This document shows positions 52,796 to 64,000 of a stretch of DNA of 64,000 nt, in pieces. Source of the stretch: Squalus acanthias (lineage: Eukaryota); contig CM059432.1 in assembly GCA_030390025.1 (NCBI GenBank), forward strand, positions 64,418,001 to 64,482,000. Direction: 5' to 3'. The notes below the pieces were generated by a model. The model was given only the letters and a program-made list of their open reading frames with translations, had not been told where the DNA came from and made no database searches. The first letter of the stretch is position 1; each line of letters starts with the position of its first letter. A program made the translations under genes and the position numbers.

Positions 52796-53558
52796 CTCAA
52801 CAAGACAATTGGCAATTATATGTACTCATTACAGACATGTCAAAATCTCGGAGCAGCACCTGGGAGTTCTGCAGGTTTCTCTGATAGGAGATTGGTGGAA
52901 TCCCAGAAAAAATGGTGTAAATGAGTAAAATACCCTTTTACGCCACTTATCCTGGGGTTCCGGCAATCAGCTACCAAAGTTATGGTAGGAGATCGGGAGA
53001 AACCTGTGGGAATTCAGGTCTGTGTTTATTATTGTGCCCTGCCATGATACTGACCCTGAATTTCTGCAGGACTTCGCCAAATCTCCTGCTATAACATTGG
53101 TGGGAGATCAACAGAATCTCCAGAAAAATGTGTAAATGGCTAAAAGTGCTATGAATGGAGAAGTACATTCACTTACATGTACATGAAAATGTATTGTAAA
53201 AAAGTGACAATATGTAGAGCTAGCAATCAAAAGAACTAGAATGTTTAAGAAATAACAACAGAAAACGCTGGAAAAACTCAGCAGGCCAGGCAGCATCCGT
53301 GGAGAGAGAAAGAGAGTTGACGTTTCAGGTCGATGACCTTTCATCAGAACTGGGAAGAGCTGGAAATCAAATAGATTTAAGGCCAGGGTAAAGCTGGGAA
53401 AAGGGGGAGGGGATAAAGGAACAAAGGAGGAGATGAAGAGACATTAAGAGACATTAAGAGATATGCAAGGCTAGAGGTGGTGTTAATGTGACAGATTAAG
53501 GCCCAACCAGTCCCCATCCACCACCACCCTCCTCCGCCTGGCTGAACTTGTTCTCACA

Positions 53559-54788
53559 TTGAACAACTTCTCCTTTGACTCTACCCATTTCCTCCAAATT
53601 AAAGGTGTTGCTATGGGTACCCGCATGGGTCCTAGCTATGCCTGCCTTTTCGTGGGATATGTGGAACACTCTTTGTTCCAGTCCTACTCGGGTCCCCTCC
53701 CTCACCTCTTTTTCCGGTACATTGATGACTGTATCGGTGCCGTCTCCTGCTCTCGCCCTGAACTAGAACATTTCATTCACTATGCTTCCAATTTCCACCC
53801 TTCCCTCACCTTCACATGGTCCATCTCCGACTCTTCTCTTCCCTTCCTCGACTTCTCCATCTCCATCTCTGGGGATAGGTTATTGACTAACATTCACTAC
53901 AAGCCCACCGACTCCCACAGCTACCTGGACTACACTTCCTCCCACCCCGCCTCCTGTAAGGACTCTATTCCATTCTCCCAGTTTCTCCGTCTCCGCCGCA
54001 TCTGCTCTGATGATGCCACCTTCCATACCAGTGCTTCCGACATGTCTTCCTTTTTCCTCAACCGAGGATTCCCCTCTACCGTGGTCGACACGGCCCTCGA
54101 CCGTGTCCGTTCTATCTCCCGCACATCTGCCCTCACCCCTGCCCCTCCCTCCCGGAACCACGATAGGGTTCCCCTTGTCCTCACCTTTCACCCCACCAGC
54201 CTCCACATTCAACGGATCATCCTCCGCCATTTCCGCCACCTCCAGCGTGATCCCACCACCAAACACATCTTCCCCTCACCTCCCCTTTCAGCATTCCGCA
54301 GGGACCGCTCCCTCCGCGACACCCTAGTCCACTCCTCTACCACCCCCAGCACCCCTTCCCCTTCGCCCGGCACCTTCCCGTGCACGCGCAGGAGATGCAA
54401 CACATGCCCTTATACCTCCCCTCTTCCCACTGTCCAGGGCCCCAAACACCCCTTCCAGGTGAAACAGCGATTTACTTGTACTTCCTGCAATTTAGTATAC
54501 TGTATTCGCTGCTCACGATGTGGACTCCTCTACATTGGGGAGACCAAACGCAGATTGGGTGACCGCTTTGCGGAACACCTCCGTTCAGTCCGTAAGGGGG
54601 ACCCCGAGCTCCCGGTGGCCTGTCACTTTAATTCACCGCTTCACTCCCACTCTGACCTCACCGTCCTCGGCCTAATACACTGTTCCACGGAAGCTCAGCG
54701 TAAGCTCGAGGAACAGCACCTCATCTTTCGTTTAGGCATGCTACAGCCCTCTGGACTCAATATCGAGTTCAACAATTTTAGATCATAA
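53559..54788 (+). CDS. Penelope-like RT C-terminal half + GIY-YIG endonuclease (5'-truncated, no stops)
   Basis: GVAMGTRMGP, FRYIDD, LPFLD, YKPT and VYCIRC..LYIGETKR. Confidence 0.85.
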   Translation: MNNFSFDSTHFLQIKGVAMGTRMGPSYACLFVGYVEHSLFQSYSGPLPHLFFRYIDDCIGAVSCSRPELEHFIHYASNFHPSLTFTWSISDSSLPFLDFSISISGDRLLTNIHYKPTDSHSYLDYTSSHPASCKDSIPFSQFLRLRRICSDDATFHTSASDMSSFFLNRGFPSTVVDTALDRVRSISRTSALTPAPPSRNHDRVPLVLTFHPTSLHIQRIILRHFRHLQRDPTTKHIFPSPPLSAFRRDRSLRDTLVHSSTTPSTPSPSPGTFPCTRRRCNTCPYTSPLPTVQGPKHPFQVKQRFTCTSCNLVYCIRCSRCGLLYIGETKRRLGDRFAEHLRSVRKGDPELPVACHFNSPLHSHSDLTVLGLIHCSTEAQRKLEEQHLIFRLGMLQPSGLNIEFNNFRS

Positions 54789-55064
54789 CCTCAGCTCCAA
54801 TCACATTTATATTTTATTTTATCCACCCTTTTATTTGTCCCCCCCACCTTTTTTTTCCTCCTAGAAGCTGGCAGCTGTCCTTCATTCTGCCAGTAGATTT
54901 CACACTTCATTCAGCCTTAATCTGTCACATTAACACCACCTCTAGCCTTGCATATCTCTTAATGTCTCTTAATGTCTCTTCATCTCCTCCTTTGTTCCTT
55001 TATCCCCTCCCCCTTTTCCCAGCTTTACCCTGGCCTTAAATCTATTTGATTTCCAGCTCTTCCC

Positions 55065-55101
55065 AGTTCTGATGAAAGGTCATCGACCTGAAACGTCAAC
55101 T
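55065..55101 (+). ncRNA. Minimal type I hammerhead ribozyme (identical mirror copy on - at 53315-53351)
   Basis: agtt-CTGATGA-a-aggtc-atc-gacct-GAAA-c-GTC-aact: stem I, intact core, stem II, palindromic ACGT stem III and a GUC site. Confidence 0.8.
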
Positions 55102-56556
55102 CTCTTTCTCTCTCCACGGATGCTGCCTGGCCTGCTGAGTTTTTCCAGCGTTTTCTGTTGTTATTTCGGATTTCCAGCATCTGCAGTATTTTGCTATCGT
55201 AGAATGTTTAAGAAACTGAACAATAAGAGATGACATTAAGTAGAATTTGAATCCCCCAATAATGCCATCTATGAATTATAGTGTAGATTTTGCGACTGAG
55301 TTCATCTGCTACCAGTGTGTATCAGTAAATCACTGGCTCGATGCCTCAATTTTCCAGTATGCACTGGTGATTGGTGAGGTATCTCATCATGAACAAAGAC
55401 TGGAACATCTACCCTTCTATTCTTTTTTATTGAATTCTCAAGAGTTTTGTCACGTCTATATTTTATTAAGCCATTGACTACATGTTATGGGTGAAGTTCA
55501 TCAATGCATTCAGGTTCCTTGGCTTGGATACCTTTGTACTGGGCACAATACTGGTTTAGAGATTGAGGTAATTTGTTTGTTCTTGGTCTCTGAAGATTAG
55601 TTGGTTTTGAGAATGGGGAATCCTGTCTACTAGCAACTATGTTGATTGGGGTCATTGTTCTTCAGTGGGATGCAGTGCTAGGAATGGGGGTTGCTCACAC
55701 AATACATTGCATATATCACAGAGTACTATATTTATTGCTTTGCATCTGCTGAAACATAATTGCACAGATTTTAATTTTGTAAACAAGGAGAGTGTTGTTA
55801 GTGGGATGCCTTTCAAATACCGTACAAAATCATTCTTTTTGCCCTCACATCAACTGTAACCTACAGATATTTATTTGGAAATGATGGTGTTCCCTGTTCA
55901 CACTGTTGTTCCAGTTTCCTGGATATTGCACACTCCACAGCTGCTTTGGCCCATAGGGCGCTATTTATACCAGTTCAGTATCTGTGTAGCTTGTTAAGCA
56001 GAATTCTTACAGGTGCACGTGAGCTTTCAGAAAGCACACAAAATAGAGGCGTATGTTCCTTTAATGCAAAAAAGGAAAATAAATTGAACTCCTGTTTAAT
56101 CGACTGTCTGTGCACTAAGAGGAATTACACCTCCATGGTTCTTACATGAGAGCTAACAAACAGGCTTTCAATATTTTTGCTACAGTGCTGCTGAAGTGTA
56201 TTAAGAATTTTTATATTGACTTTGAGGAGTCCAAAATAACATCCCTTTTAGAATGTTACAGTATAATATCATTTAAACCCAAAAGACACTGCCTTTCTTC
56301 TGTCAAAGTATTTGTCAAAGGATTAACAGAGCATGTCAAAGTATTAGGATATTATTGATTCTCTACCCCAGGTTTATCAGATCTCAATGTGCTTGATTTG
56401 ATATTTACTCCATCATACTGCTTCAATATTTACTTAAATAAAAGAAATGCCCGGGTGTGATTATAATAACTTGTATTTGTTTACAAAAACTTTACAAACA
56501 AACTTTATTATAAATGAGTTACAGTTAGAAAGTGTAATATGACTAATATTTTTCAG

Positions 56557-56687
56557 GATTCATTATCATGTTCTTCATGGCCGACATCCTCAGGCCTAAA
56601 GTGGGAGAAGCGATGGTGTGACCTGCGGCTAATCCCACTTCTTCATTCTCGTTTGTCACACCATATCCCAGGAACTGATATTTCCAG
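56557..56687 (+). CDS. SNTG1: SNTG1 exon, DSLSCSSWPTSSGLKWEKRWCDLRLIPLLHSRLSHHIPGTDIS(R)
   Basis: tttcag acceptor and gtaatg donor; 131 nt, phase 0 to 2. Confidence 0.96.
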
Positions 56688-56814
56688 GTAATGGTTCAAA
56701 ATATTACTTATTTACAGCAAGTTAATGTTCAAGTTTGGTACTTGGAATTGAGGTGCCACAAGTATATTTAACATTTAAATATTTAACAAATCTTCTCCTC
56801 AAGGATTACACTAT

Positions 56815-57352
56815 GGCTTGGATTTTCCTCCTGCTACTGTGACCACAACCCATTTTCCTCAGTCTGGGCTCATTAGTCACACATCTCTGCCAGCAAGGGG
56901 AAGCCCGTCACTGCCGGGCCAGAAAGATGAAACAGTCTCACTGCAGAAGAGGCGGTGAGGCATTTTAAAGGGGCAAAAAAGCCCCGAAGGTGAACAAACT
57001 TACATGATTTGTAGACCTTGGCAGAGCCAGAGGCTAAAGTGCAGGGAGTGAAGGCCGCTAATAGGCCCACTCCCTCCATCAGGAGACTTTCAGGCCATTG
57101 CTGCCGCTACCTGGACCTTCTGCCATCTTTCTCCAGGGAGCAGCAGTAACAGGGTTAAATGGAAGGACAATCTCCCGGGAACCAGGGCTCCGCCTTCCCG
57201 TCATGAAAGGGAAACCAGCAGCAGTCCCGGTGGAGATGAGAAATCCAGGTCAGGGTGGGCAGTCAGCGGTAGGCCTCAGTGTCCCATTTTCCCACCATTT
57301 CTGCTGCAGTTCCATTTGATTTGGGGTGAGTCTGCAGAGGAAAATCCAGCCC
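56815..57352. mobile_element. Old Harbinger-type MITE
   Basis: Ends ggcttggattttcctc / gaggaaaatccagccc. Confidence 0.6.
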
Positions 57353-57674
57353 ACTATGTCAGCAGGCTGAGAAATTAGCAGCGCATTTGTGATGAATTCT
57401 GGTAACATTTCTATCTTTCACGTCATTGGTAGTTAGTTTCAGTCTAACATCAGAAAAGTACTGATAGATTTTTTTCAATATCCCACTTTGGAGTGAAATC
57501 GGACTTAATGAAATGGGTTTGGGTTGAGACGGATTCAGTGGGGTAGACGGAAGTCCCGCCCTGTGGGAATTTCACCCCAAAGAGTAAAATCCGGGCCAGT
57601 GTCTCTAAGCCTTTACTGTGGTTGCAGTATAATATTGGATAATTTTCTATTCATATGTCTTGTGACATTTTTAG

Positions 57675-57804
57675 GCAAAATGCATTTCAAGTAGTTGCTG
57701 TGGATGGAGTATGCAGCGGTGTCATTCAGTGTCTCACTGCTGAAGACTGTATAGATTGGCTACAAGCACTAGCAATTAATATATCCAACCTTACCAAGCA
57801 CAAT
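57675..57804 (+). CDS. SNTG1: SNTG1 exon, QNAFQVVAVDGVCSGVIQCLTAEDCIDWLQALAINISNLTKHN
   Basis: tttag acceptor and gtaagt donor; 130 nt, phase 2 to 0. Confidence 0.96.
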
Positions 57805-58882
57805 GTAAGTACGGATGTTTGTACTCAAGAAAAATATGAAGTTTTATCCTTCCACCTCGGTAAGCCAGTGGTTTACTGTATGTGTCTTATGTTGTTTGTC
57901 TATCAAGACATAAAGGTTTTCACTTAATCATTTGAAAAAAATGTTCACATTTTACAGTGGCAAAATGATAATGAAAGAATCGTTGGGACGCGTATGATTA
58001 TAAGATAACAGCAAGCTTTTACAAAAGCTTTAGCCGTAATTACTGTAAGTGACAGTAATACACTAAAGAACGTTTACATGGTTATTTAACATCTAAATTA
58101 TAATGTTCAATTAATACAATAGCATATTTAATTACATCTACAAAATCATCTTGTGGTACAGATCTGATTCTGATATTGTTCACAATAACAGTTGCAGAAC
58201 TAAAGAAGGGGAGAGTGCTAATTTTATCCAGGCATGTGACATCAATGAAATGAGTTGTTTCCTTAAAATATTACTTCAGAAGAATGTGGCTTACCCCCCT
58301 CCCCCATCCACACACCCACCATAGAAGGCTGTAACACCAAAGTTCTGATTGGACCCCTTGGAGGACAAGACCGTGCTCCCCCCCCCACCATAAGTTCCTG
58401 ACCTTCTCTCCCCGAGTTCCTGAACTTCTCCCCCCTCTCCTCTCTCCGAGCTCCTCTCTCTCCAAGCTCCTCCCTCTCTGAGCTCATCTTCTCCCCTTTC
58501 CTCTCCCCCCTTCGATCCCCTCTCATCCCTCCCCTTCGATCCCCTCTCCTTTCTGACATTGTGCATCTGACTGGGATTACAAACTCCTGTTGGGTTTCAG
58601 TTATGGCTGCATAAGATAGTGAGGCTGGAAAAACAGCACCGCTGAAGGGCTGCTTTGAATCGTTATTCGCTTGTTCTTTCCAGCCCTGGCTACAGAGCTG
58701 CAATATTTGGGATAAATGCACGGATGCCCACTATTAAACCAAGAATGGCAGTCAAAATTTTTGCATCCCAATATCATTTTCCTCTGCAAGTGTTCAGACC
58801 CACCATCACCATGGCCCGAACGCCCACCTGCTCATTGCACCATCGGCAATTAGAACCAAAGTCAAACACTCCCCAAGGCTAC

Positions 58883-59750
58883 TGTAAGACATGCGGAATT
58901 ACCCCTCGCCCCGTCCAACAGGTTATAGAGTTCAGAGTTGAGACTTATGAGAAATTACACCAGACACACGGGTTCTGTCTTTAACCTTTTATTGTTCCTA
59001 AGACAGATTCAAACCCCCAAACACTATTCAAGCAGTACATAGAAGCACCCTCGCAATTAATATGCTACACAGTTTAGCTAAACGTACATAAAAGTATTCC
59101 CAGCAATTTATATGCTAATCCCTGGCGATTCATATCCCAAGTCAACCGTACATAAAAGTACCCTTTAGCAATATCTGTGCTCTATGTCTGACTTTCATAC
59201 ACACTCTAATCCCAGGGTGATCAGTCCAGAAAAAGTAGTAGGTTGCAAACATAGACTGGCCAGTCAAACCACTTTCTTTGTCTCTTCTCTTCTTCTTCTT
59301 CTGAATTTCCCACTTCTGGGTCATTCCTTTATAGTGCCTTCCTGGCGGCCCCCCTCATATTTCTTCGTCTGCCTCCCTTTGATAGGTCAGTTTCACTTCC
59401 AACCTTCCCTGATTGGAGTTCCTTCTGCATGACACATTCATGTTCCTGTGATGTGTGTGGGAGCGGGACTTCCTCTTCATCTGGTGTTTCTCTTTCCTGT
59501 CCATGTGGTCTCATAAACAAAGGACCATATGCTGCCTTACAGGCAAAAGACCCCCTGCTGACTTCCTCCATTTTGAGTCCTCACAGACAAAGGAACACAT
59601 GCTGACTTCCTCCATTTTGAGTCCTCACAGACAAAGGAACACATGCTGACTTCCTACATTTTGAGTCCGTCGTTATCATTTCACCATTTGTTCACAATTT
59701 CGATCTCCACACGGTAGCAGCGGTTTTATTACGTTTTTTAGAATCTTACA
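58883..59750 (-). mobile_element. Solo LTR, 868 bp, TGTAAGA...TCTTACA, TSD CTAC; related to the provirus LTR
   Basis: TSD at 58879-82 and 59751-54; terminal ~38 bp homologous to 37159-37197; TATA and AATAAA on the minus strand. Confidence 0.88.
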
Positions 59751-60544
59751 CTACCCCTTCAATCCCCTCTCCTCCCTCCTCCCCCCTCAATCCCCTCTCC
59801 GCCCTCCCCACCCGCTTTCGATCCCCTCTCCTCTTCCCCCTCCACATACGATCCCCTGACCTTATATGCATGGAGCCCAGTGAAGCACGTCACCGCCGCC
59901 ACACTGTTGGATACTGCGGATGCGCGATCGGATCGAGTGCGCATGCGTGGTACCAAACAGGTGCGCATGCGCAGAGAGAATCAAAAATGCGTTACAAATA
60001 ATCACTTCACACATAGAATACAACTCTCTGATCTTAATCAAGCTGTGTATATTGCCTGTAGAGATAACTGTGTGATGCCGCAATTCTGCTTGATGAAACT
60101 AACTCTTAAAGATCTCCAATGATATCAATTTGAACAATCTCAATCCAGTTCTATGTCTAATCCACAGCATTAAACTGCCCAAGTAGGGTTTTAAATGAAA
60201 CATATTTGACAACATTGGTTTGAGATGTCACAAGGACTGACACTACAAACACTAATGCAGTAGAAAATGTTCTTTGAAGCTGGAGATGTGGTCGATTGCA
60301 TTGTAAATGCCGCAATGCCACATCTGATCTGTGGCTTGGGAATACTTAAAATGTTCACTGAGTAAAAATTAAAAAAAAATCAATTTCCAGAACTGTAAGC
60401 CCTCACCTTGGAGATTGAGAATAAACATTTTATTATGAAATTGATATTATACAAATTATTCTACCAGCTACCCTCTGAAGCTCCAGTTATACTACACATT
60501 TTTCATCAATTTAATGTAGTTTACAAATCACAACAATACCAGTG

Positions 60545-60995
60545 TCAGCTGTGGCTCAGTGGGTAAGACTCTCGCCTCTGAGTGTAGAAGTTTGGGAGTT
60601 CAAGTCTCAGTCCAGCAACTTGTGCACAAAAATCTAGGCTGACACTCCAGTGCAGTGCTGAGAGAGTGCTGCACAGTTGGAGGTGCCGTCTTTCAGGTGA
60701 GATGTTAACCTGAGGCCCCGTCTGCCCACTCAGTTGGACGTAAAGGATCCCTTGGGATTATTTCATAGAAGTGCAGGGTAGTTATTCCCTGGTGTCCTGG
60801 CCAATATTTGTCCCTCAATCAACATGGCAAAAACAGATTATCTGGTTGTTATCACATTGCTGTTTATGAGAACTTGCTGTGTGCACTTGGCTGCTGCGTT
60901 TCCTACATTACAACAGTGACTACACTTCATTGGCTGTAATGCGCTTTGGGATGTTGTGAAAGGCGCTATGTAAATTCAAATCTTTCTTTTTTCTT
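60545..60995 (+). mobile_element. DeuSINE (SacSINE1-like), full length
   Basis: tRNA head with A and B boxes, Deu-domain ggaggtgccgtctttc..gaggcccc..ggtgtcctggccaa, and L2-like tail gaaaggcgctat. Confidence 0.8.
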
Positions 60996-62867
60996 TCAAA
61001 ATCTGTAGTACATCTGCAGTTTAAGCAAACCTATCTGAGCACGATTAATTTATAAGAAGCAGTGTGAGACTAGCTTGGTCACCTCTCATGGTGTCCCCGC
61101 CTGATTTGCCCATTTCGGGCAGCCTAAATATCACACAAAATGTCCCAGAGCTTAATTTAAGCATTAAAATGAAACACAGCAGAACTTCCCCTCCATTTGT
61201 TTGCCGATCTGGAATGGTCATAAGGAAGCTCCATGTGCAATGTAGCACTTAAGGAGTCAAATTATTTTTTTTCTAACTTTTAAGTTTTATGGTATCAATT
61301 TATTGCAGTCTTTTTGCTTTATTTTCTAAAAAGATGTATTTGCTTTTTTACAATTTATTTTTAGAATCTTTATTGTATCAGAAGAGAAGGGAATGTAAAC
61401 AAAAAGAGCTGAATACCTGCAAAATCACAGAAAGCTGACTGTAATTGAGATTTCAGCAGTAAGAGCTTGAAAAAAGAGAGGACAGTTAAAAGGCTCTTGC
61501 AAAGTTTCATGGGTGCTCTGGGAGCAATAAAGCATCTAAGTTTAATCTGCAGAACCCCGTGGCAGTTGTCAAGTCAAGTTTAAATAAATGATGGAAGTTG
61601 GTTTTAAAGTACCCCAAATAAATATTACATGATTGCACCAGTATAAGATGAAAGATGGCATGCTAGGGAGTATCAGAGCCAAACTATCTTTACCCATCAG
61701 ATGCCACCAGCCATATCTAGATGTCCTACCACATCTACCTAACAACTCCTTCTGTAGGTTTTAGATCAGCAGTCACCCAGTTGCAGAGCTATGCAGCCTG
61801 AACCATAGGGACAGCAGTGCCACTGCCACCAGTGCTCTCTACTTTTCTGCCTCTGTCTCCTACCATACTAACATAGGAATCATCTTCAGTATCGGCCCAT
61901 ATCAAACAGATCACTGATGCATTGGTCAGCTTGGCCAGTACTTACAATTTCTTTCCTACTGAAAAGCACCAGGTGCCCAAGTTCACCACAATGTAGCATT
62001 TCCCAAAGCTGAAGGGATTATTGATGGATATCCCAGCATCAAGTTCCTGTTCCTCCTCTGGCATGGTCATACTCTCCTCTTCACCTGTGCACTCAGTGCT
62101 ACCTCCTCACGCTCACTAACAGCACACTCTGGGATGTGTGTAGCTGTGCTCTTGCTTTCAAATGAGAAATAGTTGGAGTGCTGTGAGGTGCTGTCTTCCT
62201 TTGGGCCACTGACAGTGCTGGCAGGCTGCTCTCTTAGGCCTACAATGACAGAAATGGAATAAAGGTTAGAAATCTGAGTCCAGGACATACCTTCAATTAG
62301 AGCGTACATTGTAAGATACTGTGCTTGATGTTTGCGTACTTGTGTATATGCCTGTGTGAGAGTAGGTGAGAAGAAGGACAAAACATAAGCTCTGCATGGT
62401 ACTAGCCCTGGTCTTAGGGGAAGCCTGCCTATGTTAGGGTAGCCGAAAAGCTTCCTCCAAGGCAGTCAAGGGCTTGTAATTCCTGAACCCTCCTCCAGTT
62501 TGGATCTGTTCCCATGTAATAGTGCGCAGTAATAGACAAATGTGCCCAGTATTCAACCTGTCTTGTGTGTTAGAATCATGCCTCATGCAGGTAGGTTATG
62601 TTGCAATGGTTTTGTGCGTAAGATGTGCCAAAGCTTTCAATTATAAGTTGCAGCTTGAATATGTGCCCTACTTTAACTCCAGCCATTTATGATCTGTATA
62701 GGTGAATGGGATTTAAATGGTGTTACACTGTTACAAACCTATAGAACTATAATTTAAATGTTACATTTGTACAAGTTTTTTTTCATAACAATTCTTTCGT
62801 TTTACTGTGCTACTTTACTATCTTAGTTCACAATTTAATACTTCTAATTCAATATTTTTTCTCTCAG

Positions 62868-62906
62868 ATTAAAAAGATAAACAGAAATTTTCCCGTAAAT
62901 CAACAG
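62868..62906 (+). CDS. SNTG1: SNTG1 exon, IKKINRNFPVNQQ
   Basis: ctctcag acceptor and gtaagg donor; 39 nt; identical to the recalled human peptide. Confidence 0.95.
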
Positions 62907-63239
62907 GTAAGGTGGAACTTATAATAATCACATTGATGCATTTGTCAACCAGGTCCATTACGTTTTGAATGTCTTTTATATCTTTGGAGCAAAATGCCCT
63001 TGAAATAAAGGGTAATGGCTCATAACTATCCCCTATGTACATTAATTGCTCATTAAATGATTATTAATATTATTAATGAGGTTATTCAGGAATTCATCGA
63101 CCTGGACTGTGCAGCCAAGTAACCCTTTGGGTGCTGAATATTTTCTGCTGCTTTAAAAATAACATATTTATATTCTTTGGTGATCTGAAATCTACTTGGA
63201 ACAAGAATTGGGATAAATTTGTTCTTTCGATACAGATTC

Positions 63240-64000
63240 AGTGAATCCTAGATTCAGGTTCTCTCAATCAAAAGTTTAAATTTAACAAGGACATGTACAA
63301 TGCCATTCAAAGAAAGCTGGATAAATTTAAGTGAAATGGCTAAGAAATGACAGATAAAATCTAATTGGGAATAAAGGTGGCCTAATATATTTTGGTGCAG
63401 AGAATTTGTAAGCATGTACTCAATGAGTGAGTTTCATTGGGAAAGGCGGAAAAGGAAAATGGTAGTAGTGTGGGATTATTGACTGAGAGGGTGCTGCCAA
63501 CAAGGCTTATGAGTGTAAGTACAACAATGCATGTTGAAGGAGTGACTATAAGTCGAACTAAATTATTCTAACCTTGTATAGATCATTGAGGATGGAGCAT
63601 CAGGCAGTTTTGAGCAGCTTATCCTCAAAAGAGCATTGATGTATTGGTGAAGGTTTAGAGAAGAATTACAAGGATGATTTCAAGACAGGCTCAACATTAC
63701 CAAGGGTTTCACAGAGGTGAATATCCTTTATACCAAAAACAAACAAAGGGGGGTCATGATCCATTTATTTAAAATATACAACAAGACTGCTGGAACGTAG
63801 AGATAGAGGGCACAGCCTCGAAATAAACAAAACTGCAACCGAGGCAAAATATTAAAATTTCTTCTCTCCACCGGATAGTGAATCTGTGGGACAGAAACCC
63901 AGTAAATGTACCTAATGCTGTGTTGATGAACTCCTTCACACCAAAACTGGATAATTATCTGACCAGAAATGTGATCGAAGGTTACAGGGATAACTGCAGA
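63240..64000 (+). mobile_element. Ancient, degraded CR1 3' region
   Basis: Residual agaagaattacaaggatgatt, agagggcacagcct and gtgaatctgtgg motifs in CR1 order. Confidence 0.55.

Larger units (their letters stand above)
53253..55199 (+). mobile_element. Penelope-like element with an inverted 5' pLTR copy (about 53253-53497) and 16-bp TSD TAGAATGTTTAAGAAA
   Basis: TSD at 53237-52 and 55200-15; the left end is the reverse complement of about 54915-55165. Confidence 0.93.

Noticed and set aside
58263-60000. GC-rich cccttcgatcccctctc repeats and gcgcatgcg motifs around the solo LTR
   Set aside because: Probably another repeat, but I could not define its ends or family
60545-60620. tRNA gene (also 3685-3745)
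   Set aside because: These are tRNA-derived SINE heads followed by SINE bodies; no complete cloverleaf is present

Overview
Eukaryotic, repeat-rich intronic DNA, most likely from a cartilaginous fish (inferred from HE1/V-SINE, SacSINE1-like DeuSINE, and abundant CR1, Penelope and Harbinger repeats). The host gene is gamma-1 syntrophin (SNTG1) on the + strand. Nine internal GT-AG exons (2546-62906) join in frame and encode the PDZ domain and part of the PH domain. The introns hold many CR1 LINE fragments, a 23-bp minisatellite, Harbinger transposons and MITEs, an RTE LINE and three Penelope-like elements with hammerhead-ribozyme motifs, one of which is a 2-kb palindrome. The most striking feature is a decayed minus-strand provirus (29013-37937). 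It has a 4-bp TSD, a tRNA-Lys-like PBS, a Gypsy-type integrase tail and an env whose architecture resembles class I F-type fusion proteins (lokiretrovirus-like). Its 3' LTR ends in an inverted copy of a 39-bp terminal cassette that is also conserved in a related solo LTR (58883-59750). All calls were made by eye, with no database searches.
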